From Macrostomum lignano (taxonomy: Eukaryota): 64,000 bases of DNA. Every line of letters starts with the position of its first letter. Within the stretch, counting starts at the first letter, position 1. Under the pieces are notes generated by a model that saw only the letters and a program-made list of their open reading frames with translations, was not told the origin of the DNA and ran no database searches. This document shows, one piece after another, positions 12,558 to 24,527 of the stretch. The stretch is taken from assembly GCA_002269645.1 (NCBI GenBank), contig NIVC01000212.1, positions 310,001 to 374,000 of the forward strand. Reading direction: 5' to 3'. A program made the position numbers and the translations under genes.

Positions 12558-13650
12558 GTACGAGAATTCATGTAAATTAATAATTAACTATGCATAAACG
12601 GTGTAGAAATAATATTGTGAACTTGATGGAAATTTCAGGAAAAGCGTAGAATATTTAATATTACCATATCGGGAAATTTCTATTATTCATACGCTAAAGA
12701 AAGTTCGCGAAGGTCACTACAAATATACTTCACCAGTGAGCTGGCCGTACGTCGCTTCACTGCTTGCTCTGAAACATTAGGCGATATAACAATCTGTGTT
12801 TTAGTATACTCGTATCTAGCTATACATAAAACATCAAAGCATTCTATCACATCCACAGTAGCGCACAAAAGAAAGTAAAAAGGGTTTAGCCTAATATCGA
12901 TACTTAGTGCTAAAATTCTGCACAAACGAGACGGGAGTTGAGATCGATTAAGGAATTTTTTACCCTGGTTCATTTTATCTTCGACATGTGAGAGCAATTT
13001 TAGCTCCAATACGGCAGGGTGAATTTAGGGGAAGCGGCCACCAAAATTCTGATTAATTTTGTGCCCTTTGACAAAATTAATAGGCGCCCCTATATCTGAG
13101 CGGCAGGGCGCCTCTGGCTCTGGCACTGAGGTAGGTTACGCATGTCTCTGAGGTAGACGCCGCTAAACCTAAATATGTTGGCGTTCTAAGCCCTAAGATG
13201 AAAAATACAAATACATTAACATTACATTATTTGTCGTTAAAACTCCCGCCCTTTCTTTATTGGCAAAAGAGGCAACACGTACGCCACATCCAAAAAACTC
13301 CTGGATCCGCCACTAGATAAAGGCGATTAATGATTGGTTTTTCTCCGGTACATACTGTTCCAGAAGCTCAGGCGTACAATTTTACTCACTTGTCAGCTGT
13401 GCTCAGCCCTAACTCCGAAATCCATGGGCCTGACTCGACACATGCCTGCAGGTCGGGCACAACCAGTGCCTTGCCGCTGTAGTCGTAAAGATCCCGAGGC
13501 ACTTGAAGCAAAGAATTATTTCCGTGGCCTTCATGTCCGACCTCGCCCACATGGCGTCCTCAGAAATATTGACATGGCCGGCTACTTGCTCGTCGTCTTG
13601 AGCATCGCGATCGTCATGGATGCCTTCTATGCCGTCATATCTATCCCCAC

Positions 13651-15995
13651 CTAGGGCGTCGCTAAGACCATCGCATTGGACATCACAAATGCCGCCTCTT
13701 CTGCCGCTTCTGCTACTACGGCCACGTCCTCTGTAACCACAGTTTCTCCCACAACAGTCGCTCTCTTGTTTTTCGTCACGCGTACCAATTCTCGTGCAGC
13801 CTCTTTGTTCGTTTCCTGATACGTTCTGATGACCAGCTCTTCTCCATGTCTTCGGAAGTACTTGGCCACAGGAAAGTACTTCAGAGCGGTACTGTGGCTC
13901 GCTTTTTTGTTTACAACGAGAGCTTCTGAAGCTTCAGCTTCAGCTTCAGCGATCGGCCATGCATCACATCTCTTCTGACAATTCTATGATACACTTCCAC
14001 AGATCCTTCGCTGTTGCGGAATTCTTGCACTGTGCTCTGTCCAGTAAAGAATCGTTGGCAGTCAATCATGAAGCCACTGAAGAGCGGAAAGCATGCGTAC
14101 AAATTGACGACCTTCTGCGCCAATTTTTCGTTAAGGTACGCATTGATCATCGGCAGCTGCGATTCACTTGCTTGGCGGCAAGCTGTATTGATTCGCTCGA
14201 AAGAGCTGTGCCTGACTAAAAAAGCGGGACGATGAGCGAATCGTTGCCCGACTCATAATGTTTTCCGGAGCGTTCATTTCCACGCCTTGCATGGGCTCGT
14301 TGTCACCCACATCAGACGTCTCCATCAACAGTGTTTCGACACGCGGCATGGCTCTTCTTGCATTGCGCTCGAGCAGAACATGCAGCATGTTTTGAAGATT
14401 GGCTAGGCCTTCCGCTGAAGTGGTGCTTGCAACAATCCGCGCAAACGCCCGAAGGTACAGTGCCTTTACCTGAGGACTTGCGCTGCGCACTTCTTGCCAA
14501 TTCCGAACCTCATTGATGATGTGATGTGACCAAAAACAATAGCGGTGCGCTGACGTGCCTGCTGCAAAGTTGCTTGCATAAACTTTGGAATTCCAGTCTG
14601 TCCATTTTCTGATTTTAGCGCGATCAGAAAGCACTAATCAAGATATTCGCGAATTCCTAATCCATTGAAGACCTTTATGAGGGCATGTAGTGTCGGCCAG
14701 TTAAAATCAGTCATAATCTTTGCTATTTTCACAGTGCCGTGGCCCATTTTTTGTTCCTTTATCTTCTGAAGCCACTTTGCTAACATGCTAGTCAATTGAA
14801 CGGTATAGTGATTACAAGTCAGAACGTCGAATAGAGAAACTTGGGTCATTCCAATAGTTTGCTCGGCTGCCATCACTAAGGCGTAATGGTATACTGGCTT
14901 CTGTGGAATTCCACCTGGTCAGCTGCAAACTGACGCTCCTGTCGAGACGATAACTAGGTTGATTGGCATTTTTAACTGTTTCATGAGAGACAGAGCCTCT
15001 GCAGCCATCTCCGGGTGATATGCTCCAATAGCCGTAAGCGAAATATCACCCGCAAACTCAAAGTAATGCACGTACGCCTTTAGTTTCGGCGAATTGCTGA
15101 CGCTCAACAGCAAGTTATGCACAGGGATGTCTGGGCACAGTTTCTTTTTCTCTTTGTTGTACTGTCGAATTCCTTGAAGCATCCTTTGCGATGGAATGTT
15201 GCGCAGATCGTCATTTGTTGCAGCAACTGAAGCCTGCAGTACGGCAGCTCCCTCAGTATCAGTTCTTGTTTTTAAGCCTGCATCCCGAACCTTTGTAGGT
15301 TTAGGGGGTGCGGCAATGGCTTATGGGTCTGCTCCAGACGCACTTCGCAGCCCTTCACCTCTAGCTTCCATCGCCCAGCTGACACGAAGACGGTTTTGGG
15401 TCGCCAGCCAGTCGCGCCGAGCATTTCAATGAGTACTTAGCAGACTCAGGGCCATCAAAAGAACTGCAAACAATTGAGAGGCTGCAGTGCTTCACCCAGC
15501 AGTTCTGCACTTCACGCAACAAAACGCCGTTAAATTGCTCTTTCTCTGTGCTCGCCGAGTTACTTCTTTCATGGTCTTATTAACTTCGTACCATTTCTCT
15601 TTGAGACACCCAAATGTCCCGACAAAACGTTGAACTTCAGCCTCAGAAGGCGACGAAGGCGTGCTTTCGGGTTCTACGCTCTGGTCTTCCGAAGATGACA
15701 AAATAGACAATGCAGCAGTAAGCAGCTGCCTTCTGTTTTGCTGCAAATCACATCGGATCGTCTTTATCGAGGCTTCATCGTATTTGCCGGGATGCTGCAC
15801 ACTCAACTGCTCAACAATACTCTGATAGGCTTCCGAATTCTTGATGCCAGCTCCATCTGTCAAATCTGCTGCGTCGATGGACTCCTTCAGTTGTTGAATT
15901 ACTTCAAGTACGTCTTTATCCCGCTGCGACGCCTGGAATGAAAAAAAAAAGGTAAGAGAGGTGCGATTAAGTAGAAAAAGGGGTAACAAATGCAA
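13651..15995 (-). pseudogene. Degraded DNA-transposon transposase, possibly NOF-FB/Rehavkus (MULE-related)-like
   Basis: Six collinear broken ORFs on minus. Segments CFWSHHII and NAYLNEKLAQKVVNLYACFPLFSGF...SEGSVEVYHRIVR resemble, from memory, NOF-type transposase C-terminal motifs. Needs an HMM search. Confidence 0.4.
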
Positions 15996-16384
15996 TTACC
16001 GGTATTAATATCTATATTTTATTATATAAAACAATACATCTGCGCCCCTGAAAAGGTTACTTGATACGACATGAGCAACAACAACAACTAAAATACGCAG
16101 TCCCCCAATAAGGAGTGCGAGGATCTGCGTCACTGTACCGCGCTGCGGCCGGAATCCATTATGCTTATAACGCAAGTAGGGGTCTAGCACTGAATGCAGA
16201 CGTTCGAAAGTTTCGCAGTATAGGACATCAGTAACATGCCTCGATGAGCTTTTTTCTGTATCGTCTCGGCTTTCTTCAAAATTGCTACGGTCCACTCGGT
16301 GGGTGCGGAGACGCCGGCAAGCACGCGATTCATGACGCCAGGGACTCAAGAAGCCACACAGCGAAGCCGCAGTGCCTTGAATTA

Positions 16385-16660
16385 TAGTTGGGCATGGCTG
16401 GGCATATTGGGCACTGGGGCATGGCTGGGCATGCCTGGGCATTGTGGGGCATGGCTGAGCATAGTTAGGCATGGCTGGGCATAGTTAGGCATGGCTGGGC
16501 ATAGTGGGGTATGGCTGGGATTGGCTGGGCATAGTGGGGCATGGCTGGGCAAAGTGGGGTATGGCTGGGCATAGTGGGGCATGGCTGGGCATAGTTAGGC
16601 ATGGCTGGGCATAGTTAGGCATGGCTGGGCATAGTTAGGCATGGCTGGGCATAGTTAGGC
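16385..16660. repeat. ~20-bp minisatellite (GGCATGGCTGGGCATAGTTA)n
   Basis: Tandem units visible. Confidence 0.9.
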
Positions 16661-16699
16661 ATGACCATTATCATCATTATTATTATTTATGATGCTAGC

Positions 16700-17100
16700 C
16701 AGTGCTAGCGAGGATATCAGGCTGTTGCTGGGGAAACATTCAGTGGTAGTCTAGGGGGTCAGGCCGATGCTCAGCAGGTCCTCTATCAGTGTGGCCTGCA
16801 GGGTGGTGGTGCGGGCTTGACCTTGGCACAGGGTTCTTTCGGGTCGTGCAGCATCAGGGTGGCAAAAGGAAAAGCCATCCCGCTGACCATGGCTATGGAG
16901 GCAGTAGCCTACAGGGCCAGTTGGATATGGCGGTGGGTGGTGCTCGGGGCAACACTTCCGAGCAGGCCGCCAACTGCTCATTGCTCAGCAGCTCTACGCT
17001 GAATAGAACCAGGAGCTGCAGCCAAAGGTTGTGAGCCATGCTGAACAGGAATAATGCAACACTAGGGAGCTTTTTCAGGGCGGCCACCTGGTACAGCTAA
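16700..17100 (-). mobile_element. Degenerate 3' fragment of an RTE-like non-LTR retrotransposon
   Basis: Frame-broken remnants AHN..L, SNEQL, QLA and GQARTTTLQATLIEDL resemble the C-terminus of RTE-type ORFs. Confidence 0.45.
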
Positions 17101-18428
17101 GGCTCTGATAGTGAGCCTCCTGGTCTCTGGCGCCATCTAGCAGATCTAGGACCTCGGCAACCCATGATCAGAGGCTATGCACTTGGCTACTCTATGGAGT
17201 CGGCTGTTTTGGCATGTGTACACACAAAAACCTCTTTAAAAATGTAGACAATTTAAGAGCCAAGACTACCTCTCAAAAATGTTATATAGGTAAATCGTGA
17301 ATTTGAAGGGGGCATTCAGATATAAAGACTTAAATGGGTACTTCTGAGAATTGAAGACAAGACAATACTTTTCTTTTAAAGTCTTTATACAGTAGCTTGA
17401 AAATACTTGCATATAGAATAGTAATATCTAAGACAATAGACTATTTATAAAATAAAAAACAAGTCACTAGTGTAATAAGTGGCTAAATAAGAACAAACGA
17501 CATAAAGTTAAGCTTAATATAACAATAGACATTTTGACAATAATAAGGCCTACTATTATATTTACTATAAAAAACAAGTTGCACTTAATTGTTATTAACT
17601 AGTTAAATATGACATTAAAGGTAAATTATATAAATTATATATATAATTTCCTTTTATTTTACAAGAATCCATACACTAAAATGTTTTTTAGGTAAATATG
17701 TGATCAATTTCAGAAAAAATGGAACATAGTATAAAATATTTTGAAAATATTGCATAATACATATATTGCAATATAGCTTTTAAAAGTTGCATTGTTTAAG
17801 ACTTTGGATCTATCAAATTTTATATATAAACATGCTTTCATTGCATTTTCATAGTTTATTTCAAATGAATATCAGATCTAATTTTAACATTTAACTATTA
17901 TTAAGAGCTATAGAAATTTTATGTGCAAATGAGGCTACCATTGTGGGCTTATACAAGAGGTTTTTTCCATGACAAATTTTATAAAATGCATTAAAGTAAA
18001 TATAAGGAACAGTTTGCGCCTTTCTAAACTTCCTAAAGCTACAAATAATATCATATGACACGCCATACTCGTAGACTCAAATACTTGCAAGCTGTTATAA
18101 AAAAGACAACATCGCACTATGGGCTATCCATATCCACGTGCCTGAGTTGGGAATAAAATAGACTTCTTTAGAGTATTTAGGTCTATTTAGTTCATTCTCA
18201 GTTCCAATATATAAGCCAATATATATTTTTACGGTCCATTCGGTGCTTTGCTACACAATTTCACTATACCGTAACAGAAACGTGCGATAAAATTAAATTA
18301 ACGCTAATTTTGTTTATTCTTGCACATTTTCACCAGTGATTTTACTTTGCGCAGACAGCAGTTTAGAAAATTACCCCCCACGAAAGATGAGTTACTTATT
18401 AAAGAATGTATGCCAAAAAGTATGGTGG

Positions 18429-21400
18429 TGTGGCGGACAAGTGCAAGCGCACCTGAAGACGGCCGTTTAGGTGCCCTCGCGCCCACCTGCTCATCACGCC
18501 GCGTCTATGCGCCACCAACCCCGGAGATTAGGGGTGGGGGTTCGCCCACCCAGCCTGAGCTACGTGGGGGTTGGGGTAGTGCGTTGGCCTATCTAACCTG
18601 ACTGTGCGCAGACGCTTGTAGGAACTTTTTGCTCTCCGCAAATACAATTTCAAGTCTGCACGCAGTAGCTACTGCCCGCTTCATTGGTGAGCTCGACAAC
18701 CCGCCATTTCGTCTAACACATGGCGCCACCCACTGAGTCAACTGTTGCACTCAAGCTGCCCACGTTTTCGGCCATGCAGCCACGCGCGTGGTTCATCCAG
18801 GCAGAGGCCCAGTTCCAGCTGCGCGGCATCACCCAGGACGACACCAAGTATCACCACTTGGTCGCCTCGCTTGATCAACAAACCGGCGAGCGCCTGCTGG
18901 ACGTTCTGGAAAGCCCCTTATTGCTCGGCACTTTCAGTCTCACCCGGAAGCAGCGAGCTAGCCGTTTGCTCAGCATGTCCGGCCTGGGAGATCGCCGGCC
19001 GTCCGAGATGATGGACGAGATGCTGGCCCTGCTTGGTGATCACGGGCCTTGCCTGCTCTTTGAGGAGCTGTTCCGCCAGCAGCTGCCCGTGGACATCCGG
19101 ATGGCGCTCGCATCCGCCGACTTCGAAGACCCCCGGGCAGTCGCGCAGCTCGCCGACCAGCTCTAGGCCAGCCGGCCCCAGCCAGTAGCCGCTTCCGCCC
19201 AGTTCGCCGGAGGTTTGCGCTGCGCGTCAGGCTGCGCGTCCCCGCGCCACGTCGCCCCGGCTTGGGCACCGCGGCACCCGCGCCCAGGAGCTGTGCTACT
19301 ACTTAATGCGAGCAGCCCTGCAGCTTTCCAGGAAACAAGCCGGCCGGCCGCCAGTGACCATCGCGGCGGCCGGCAACCTGCTGCTCATCCCCGACGTCCC
19401 ATCTGGCCGGCGGTTCCTGGTGGACACGGGCGCCGAGGTAAGCATTTTCCCAGCCTCTGCAGATGATGCCAACGCCCCTTCACCTGGCCCGCCGCTGTTC
19501 GCCGCGAACGGCACCCGCATCCGAACCTTCGGCGGCCGCAGCATCACACTGGACGTCGGCCTGAAGACATGCACCTGGCCATTCGTGTTGGCCGAGGTCT
19601 ACCGGCCGTTGATCGGCGCCGACCTCCTGCGCCACTACGGCCTGCTGGTGGACCTACCCAACCGCCGCCTTCTAGACGCCGCCTCTCTAGCCAGTGTGCA
19701 ATTGCTGGCTGGCTCCGGTTCTGCGCCTCAGCTCGCCGCCGCGGTTGCCAGGGACCCGTACAGCCGGCTGCTGGCGAAGTTCCCCAGCATCACGGAGCCC
19801 AGCTTCAGCAAAGCCACGCTGCGGCACGACGTGCAGCACTACATCCCGACGACGGGCCCGCCGGTGCACGCTAGAGCGCGCCGCCTGCCGCCCGACAAGC
19901 TGGCCGCGGCCAAGGAAGAGTTTCGCAACCTGGAGCAGCTCGGCATTGTGCGGCGGTCCAGCAGCCCCTGGCCCGCCGCTGTTCGCCGCGAACGGCACCC
20001 GCATCCGAACCTTCGGCGGCCGCAGCATCACACTGGACGTCGGCCTGAAGACATGCACCTGGCCATTCGTGTTGGCCGAGGTCTACCGGCCGTTGATCGG
20101 CGCCGACCTCCTGCGCCACTACGGCCTGCTGGTGGACCTACCCAACCGCCGCCTTCTAGACGCCGCCTCTCTAGCCAGTGTGCAATTGCTGGCTGGCTCC
20201 AGTTCTGCGCCTCAGCTCGCCGCCGCGGTTGCCAGGGACCCGTACAGCCGGCTGCTGGCGAAGTTCCCCAGCATCACGGAGCCCAGCTTCAGCAAAGCCA
20301 CGCTGCGGCACGACGTGCAGCACTACATCCCGACGACGGGCCCGCCGGTGCACGCTAGAGCGCGCCGCCTGCCGCCCGACAAGCTGGCCGCGGCCAAGGA
20401 AGAGTTTCGCAACCTGGAGCAGCTCGGCATTGTGCGGCGGTCCAGCAGCCCCTGGTCCTCGCCGCTGCACATGGTGCCCAAGACTTCCGGCGGCTGGCGC
20501 CCCTGCGGCGATTTCCGGCGGCTCAACGACGCCACGGTGCCCGACCGCTACCTCGTGCCGCATATCCAGGATTTCTCAGCGCGCCTGAGCGGCTGCACAG
20601 TGTTCTCGAAGATCGACCTGGTGCGTGGCTACCACCAAATCCCGGTCACGCAAACGGACATCCCGAAGACCGCCGTCATTACACCGTTTGGGTTGTTTGA
20701 GTTCCTCCGCATGCCGTTCGGGTTGAAAAATGCGGCACAGGCCTTCCAGCGGTTAGTAGATTCGATCTGCCAGGACCTGCCGGCCGTCTTCGCGTACATC
20801 GACGATTTCCTGGTCGCCAGCAGCAGCCCTGAGCAGCACGAGGAGCACCTGCGGAAGCTGTTCCAGCGCCTCGCCGACAACGGCCTGTTGCTTAACCCAG
20901 CCAAGTGCCAGTTTGGCCGCAGCGAGATCGACTTCCTCGGCCATAGGATCAGCGCTGCGGGCGCCATGCCGCTGCCGGACAAGGTCGACGCAGTCGCCAG
21001 GTTCACGCCGCCCACGACGGTGAAGGGTCTCCAGGAGTTTGCCGGCATGGTGAACTTCTATCACCGCTTCGTGCCCCGCGCAGCCCGGTTGCTGCGCCCG
21101 ATCTACCAGGCCATGGCCGGCAAGGAGAAGCTGGTGCGGTGGACGCCGGAGCTGACCGAGGCCTTCGACAAGACCAAGCAGGCGCTGGCCGACGCGACCA
21201 TGCTCGCGCACCCCAGGCCCGATGCGCCGCTGGCCCTCACCGTCGATGCCTCTGACACCGCCGTGGGCGCCGTCCTTAAGCAGCGTGTCGGCCCCGCCTG
21301 GCAGCCGCTCGCATTCTGCAGCCGGCATTTGCGACCTGCGGAGGTAACCCAAGTGAAAAAGATCCGATTTTTTAACGTTCAAAAAACGTTTTCGGCAAAA

Positions 21401-21765
21401 CACTTATAACGTTCTCGAAGCGTCCTCGTGCAAACGTTCAAAACACGTTCAGAATGTCCCACCAAAAAATGTCCCAGCAGCGGCACCTGGCGTACGTGAG
21501 CAAATTTACCACGGACGTCCAGCACATCGCCGGCAAAAACAATCCGGTGGCCGACGCGCTGTCCCGCTGCACCGTGGCCAGCGTGTTACCCAGCATCGAT
21601 TTTGCCGCGATGTCGCAGGCCCAGCATGCCCCGACCGAGTTGCCGCCGCTCAGCTCCGGCCTCCGACTAGAGCGCGTGACCCTCCGCCCAGGCCTGGAGC
21701 TGCTCTGCGACGTCTCCACCGGCGGCACCCCCGCCCGCTGGTGCCGCCCGAATTCTTTTGTAATA
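18429..21765 (+). mobile_element. Ty3/Gypsy LTR retrotransposon (gag, protease, RT, partial RNase H), 3'-truncated and disrupted
   Basis: Putative LTR TGTGG..TTCA (18429-18683), then T-TGGTGAGC PBS. gag 18720-19166 (LKLPTFSAMQPRAWFIQAEAQF); protease FLVDTGAEVSIFP; [39 protein letters not shown]; RNase [15 protein letters not shown] and GKNNPVADALSR. Integrase is absent. Confidence 0.93.
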
Positions 21766-21810
21766 AGTTCAAATATTTTTTTTACTGTTTTTTTATTAGT
21801 CCAAGGGAGT

Positions 21811-23139
21811 TGTGGTAGGGCTCCTAGAATCCATCGTTAATCACGTGAATAATTAATTATTATTATATTACTAATAACTTGCGAGAGTATACTAACGTGC
21901 GCAATTAATTCACTGGGAACTCATGCACATGCGAAAACAAATAGGTTACCGTATATGTGTGCCGAGAGGCCTACCAGTTGTTTTAATGCACTCTTTCAGC
22001 GGGTATATAAATACCGCGCGCACCGATTTGAAATGGACCGCTCTCTGCCCTTGCCTTGGCTCATGTTTGCCTTGCATTTTAGCCCGGACTGTGCGCTCCC
22101 AGTTAGTGTTGTCTTGTAAGATCGGCCCGGTGTGCCTGACAAATTATTAGTTGATGGCTAGTTATTAGTGACTATTGAGTCTTAGTTGAGCACTGCTCCT
22201 AAGTACTAAGTTAGATTAGCCAACTAAATCTTAGCTCTAACAGACTGTGTTGGTAAGGACACAGGAGGCCGAGCTTATCTTTGTGTTTTGGTTCATTAAA
22301 TTTTGTTAAGGTAAATTATTATTTTTTTGCTGGTGCGCTAGTTCCAATATTTGTTAATTTATCGTTCAGTAATTATAATTGACAATTGGCAGTGATTTAG
22401 TTATCGGTCAATCTAAGTTCTAATCCAAGTTATTCAAATCTTCTTTGATAGCGGTTTTGGCTCAGTCATTTTTGATCGTAGCTTCGATTGGTGGCAGCGA
22501 TCTACCTTTCGTGACAATTAATAGTTTGGGGCTGAATTATCGATACATTGGGGAACGTAACTTATCAAGGAATTATTGGCATTGCTCTATCAGACCATCT
22601 CAGGGTACCGCTCTTCGACTGGTGCTGATAAGCAGTTTTGCCTTAGACCAATTCTCGAAAAGCTACCGAAAGTTAAAGTTAGTTGGGACTCTTGTCCACC
22701 CGGAAATAGAGAAACCAGTCACCCCGCTCACTAAGAGTTCGCGGACAAGAGGTCCGTCTGAGCCAGGCCAGACGCTGAATCATCAGAGTGCTAGAGTGCG
22801 TGTGAGTCACAGTCTGCCGACAAACAAAGACCGTAGGGACCAGGAGGCCCAGAGGAAAAACTATAGCTCCGCGAGCCATAGGGCCCATAGGAAATTATAG
22901 GGCACTCGCGACAGGAGGTCCGTTTGAACTCCGCGCTGGAGTTAATATTCTTGGTAGACTACTCGCCAGCAGTAGCCCAGTTAGCGTTAGTCGCAATTTC
23001 ATAGTTAAAGTCATCAACCACACCGGAGTTTTAATTAAGCAGAAGCCCTGTTACATTTGATGGAAACAGCGTTGGGATTAGCAAAGTGCAAACTCATTAA
23101 CGACTGGACCCGGTTACAATTGGTAGCGACGGTGGGATT
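21811..23139 (+). mobile_element. Probable ~1.3-kb LTR with a tRNA primer-binding site from a second LTR retroelement
   Basis: Starts TGTGG (21811), has a TATATAAATA box near 22004 and ends GGTTACA (23118). It is followed by AT-TGGTAGCGACGGTGGGATT (23121-23139), complementary to a tRNA 3' end and T-arm (Leu-like). No second LTR or gag seen. Confidence 0.55.
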
Positions 23140-24266
23140 TGCTAGCCAAGCCGTCAAGTTTAATCAGCAGAGGACCCGGTAGGAGGTTGAGGAATAACAT
23201 CCAACTTTCAAGCAAATATTCACTCAAACGCACCATGGCTCGAGCAGCACTACAATTAGCTACTTTTGTCCCAAGTTCGCGTGAAGGGCAGCTGCTTCAC
23301 ATTATGGGATATTTGTACCGGCTCGATAAGAAGACTAAAGCAAAAGCATATCACAAGTGTCGCCGCTAAAGGTTGCAATGCCATGGCCATCGTCGAGGGT
23401 GGATATGTGTCGCACACGAGTGGAGAGCATCGTCATGCGATTGATGAAACTGAAGCCCAGAGTTTGTGCAGCATATCAAGAACGAGTGTACCAAGAACAA
23501 CGCTCCAATGCCTCAAGTATACCGGCAGGCCATTGCTATGGACGCCTTTCAAGCAAACTCGGCGACATTGCCGACATTCGGTAGTATCAAGGATGCAGCA
23601 TACCGTGCTTGGCACAAGAACTTGCCCCCTCTTCCGGCCACTCGAGCTGATTATATCGTTGATCCAGAGATTCAACAAACTCTGCGGGTTTTCGACATCA
23701 ATGGAGGCACACCGAATCGCATCGTTGGGTTTTCATCGAGCCAGCTGATCCGCGCACTCGCAGAAACTGATCGCCTTCAAATCGACGGTACCTTCAACTG
23801 TGTTCCGAATATATTTGATATGCTGACAATCATCCATGGTAAGGTGCTTGGAGCGTGGGAACCCCTGGCTTTTTTCTCATGCCCAACAAGCAGCAAGTCA
23901 CCTACGAAGCAATGTGGCACTACTTGCATGATGCCTGCAGACAACTGACTGGCAACTACCCAATGTGCAACCACTTCTTGGCCGATTTTGAGCTCGCCAG
24001 TATTGCAGCCATATCAGGAAGATGGCCAGTTCACCCGCCACCGACAATCAAAGGCTGTCTCTTTCACTTCAACCAAGCTGTCTTGCGAAACACTCAGCTT
24101 CTTGGACTGCAGAAAGCTTATCAGCAAGATCCAAATGTTCAGAAAATGGTTCGCAGACTGATGGCGCTTCCGTTGGTTCAACTTGATCACCTGGACGAGG
24201 CCTTTACTGATATGCGGTAGAGAAGCACTCTTAACAGATAATAGTAAGACAAAACTCAATATTATT

Positions 24267-24304
24267 TGCGACGCGTTTCGGCTAAAACTAGCCATCTTCA
24301 GGCA
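24267..24304 (-). ncRNA. Minimal type I hammerhead ribozyme, left PLE arm
   Basis: Exact reverse complement of 28075-28112. Confidence 0.85.
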
Positions 24305-24445
24305 CTATCGAACAGAATTTATTTCAACTTATTAAATACTGTGTAGACGACAAAATCAGGTATTGAAAAGATATAAAAGGACTAAAGGATCAATGTACAG
24401 TATAGCAATGTTCATAATATTTGTTTGTGGAATGACAGGACAGAG

Positions 24446-24500
<55 letters not shown>

Positions 24501-24527
24501 GCGTATGCGCCCCAAATGTACTCTAGC

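Noticed and set aside
18585-18599. TTGGCCTATCTAACC shared between the Gypsy LTR and 41702-41716
   Set aside because: One 15-nt match is about what chance predicts in 64 kb, and the flanks do not align.
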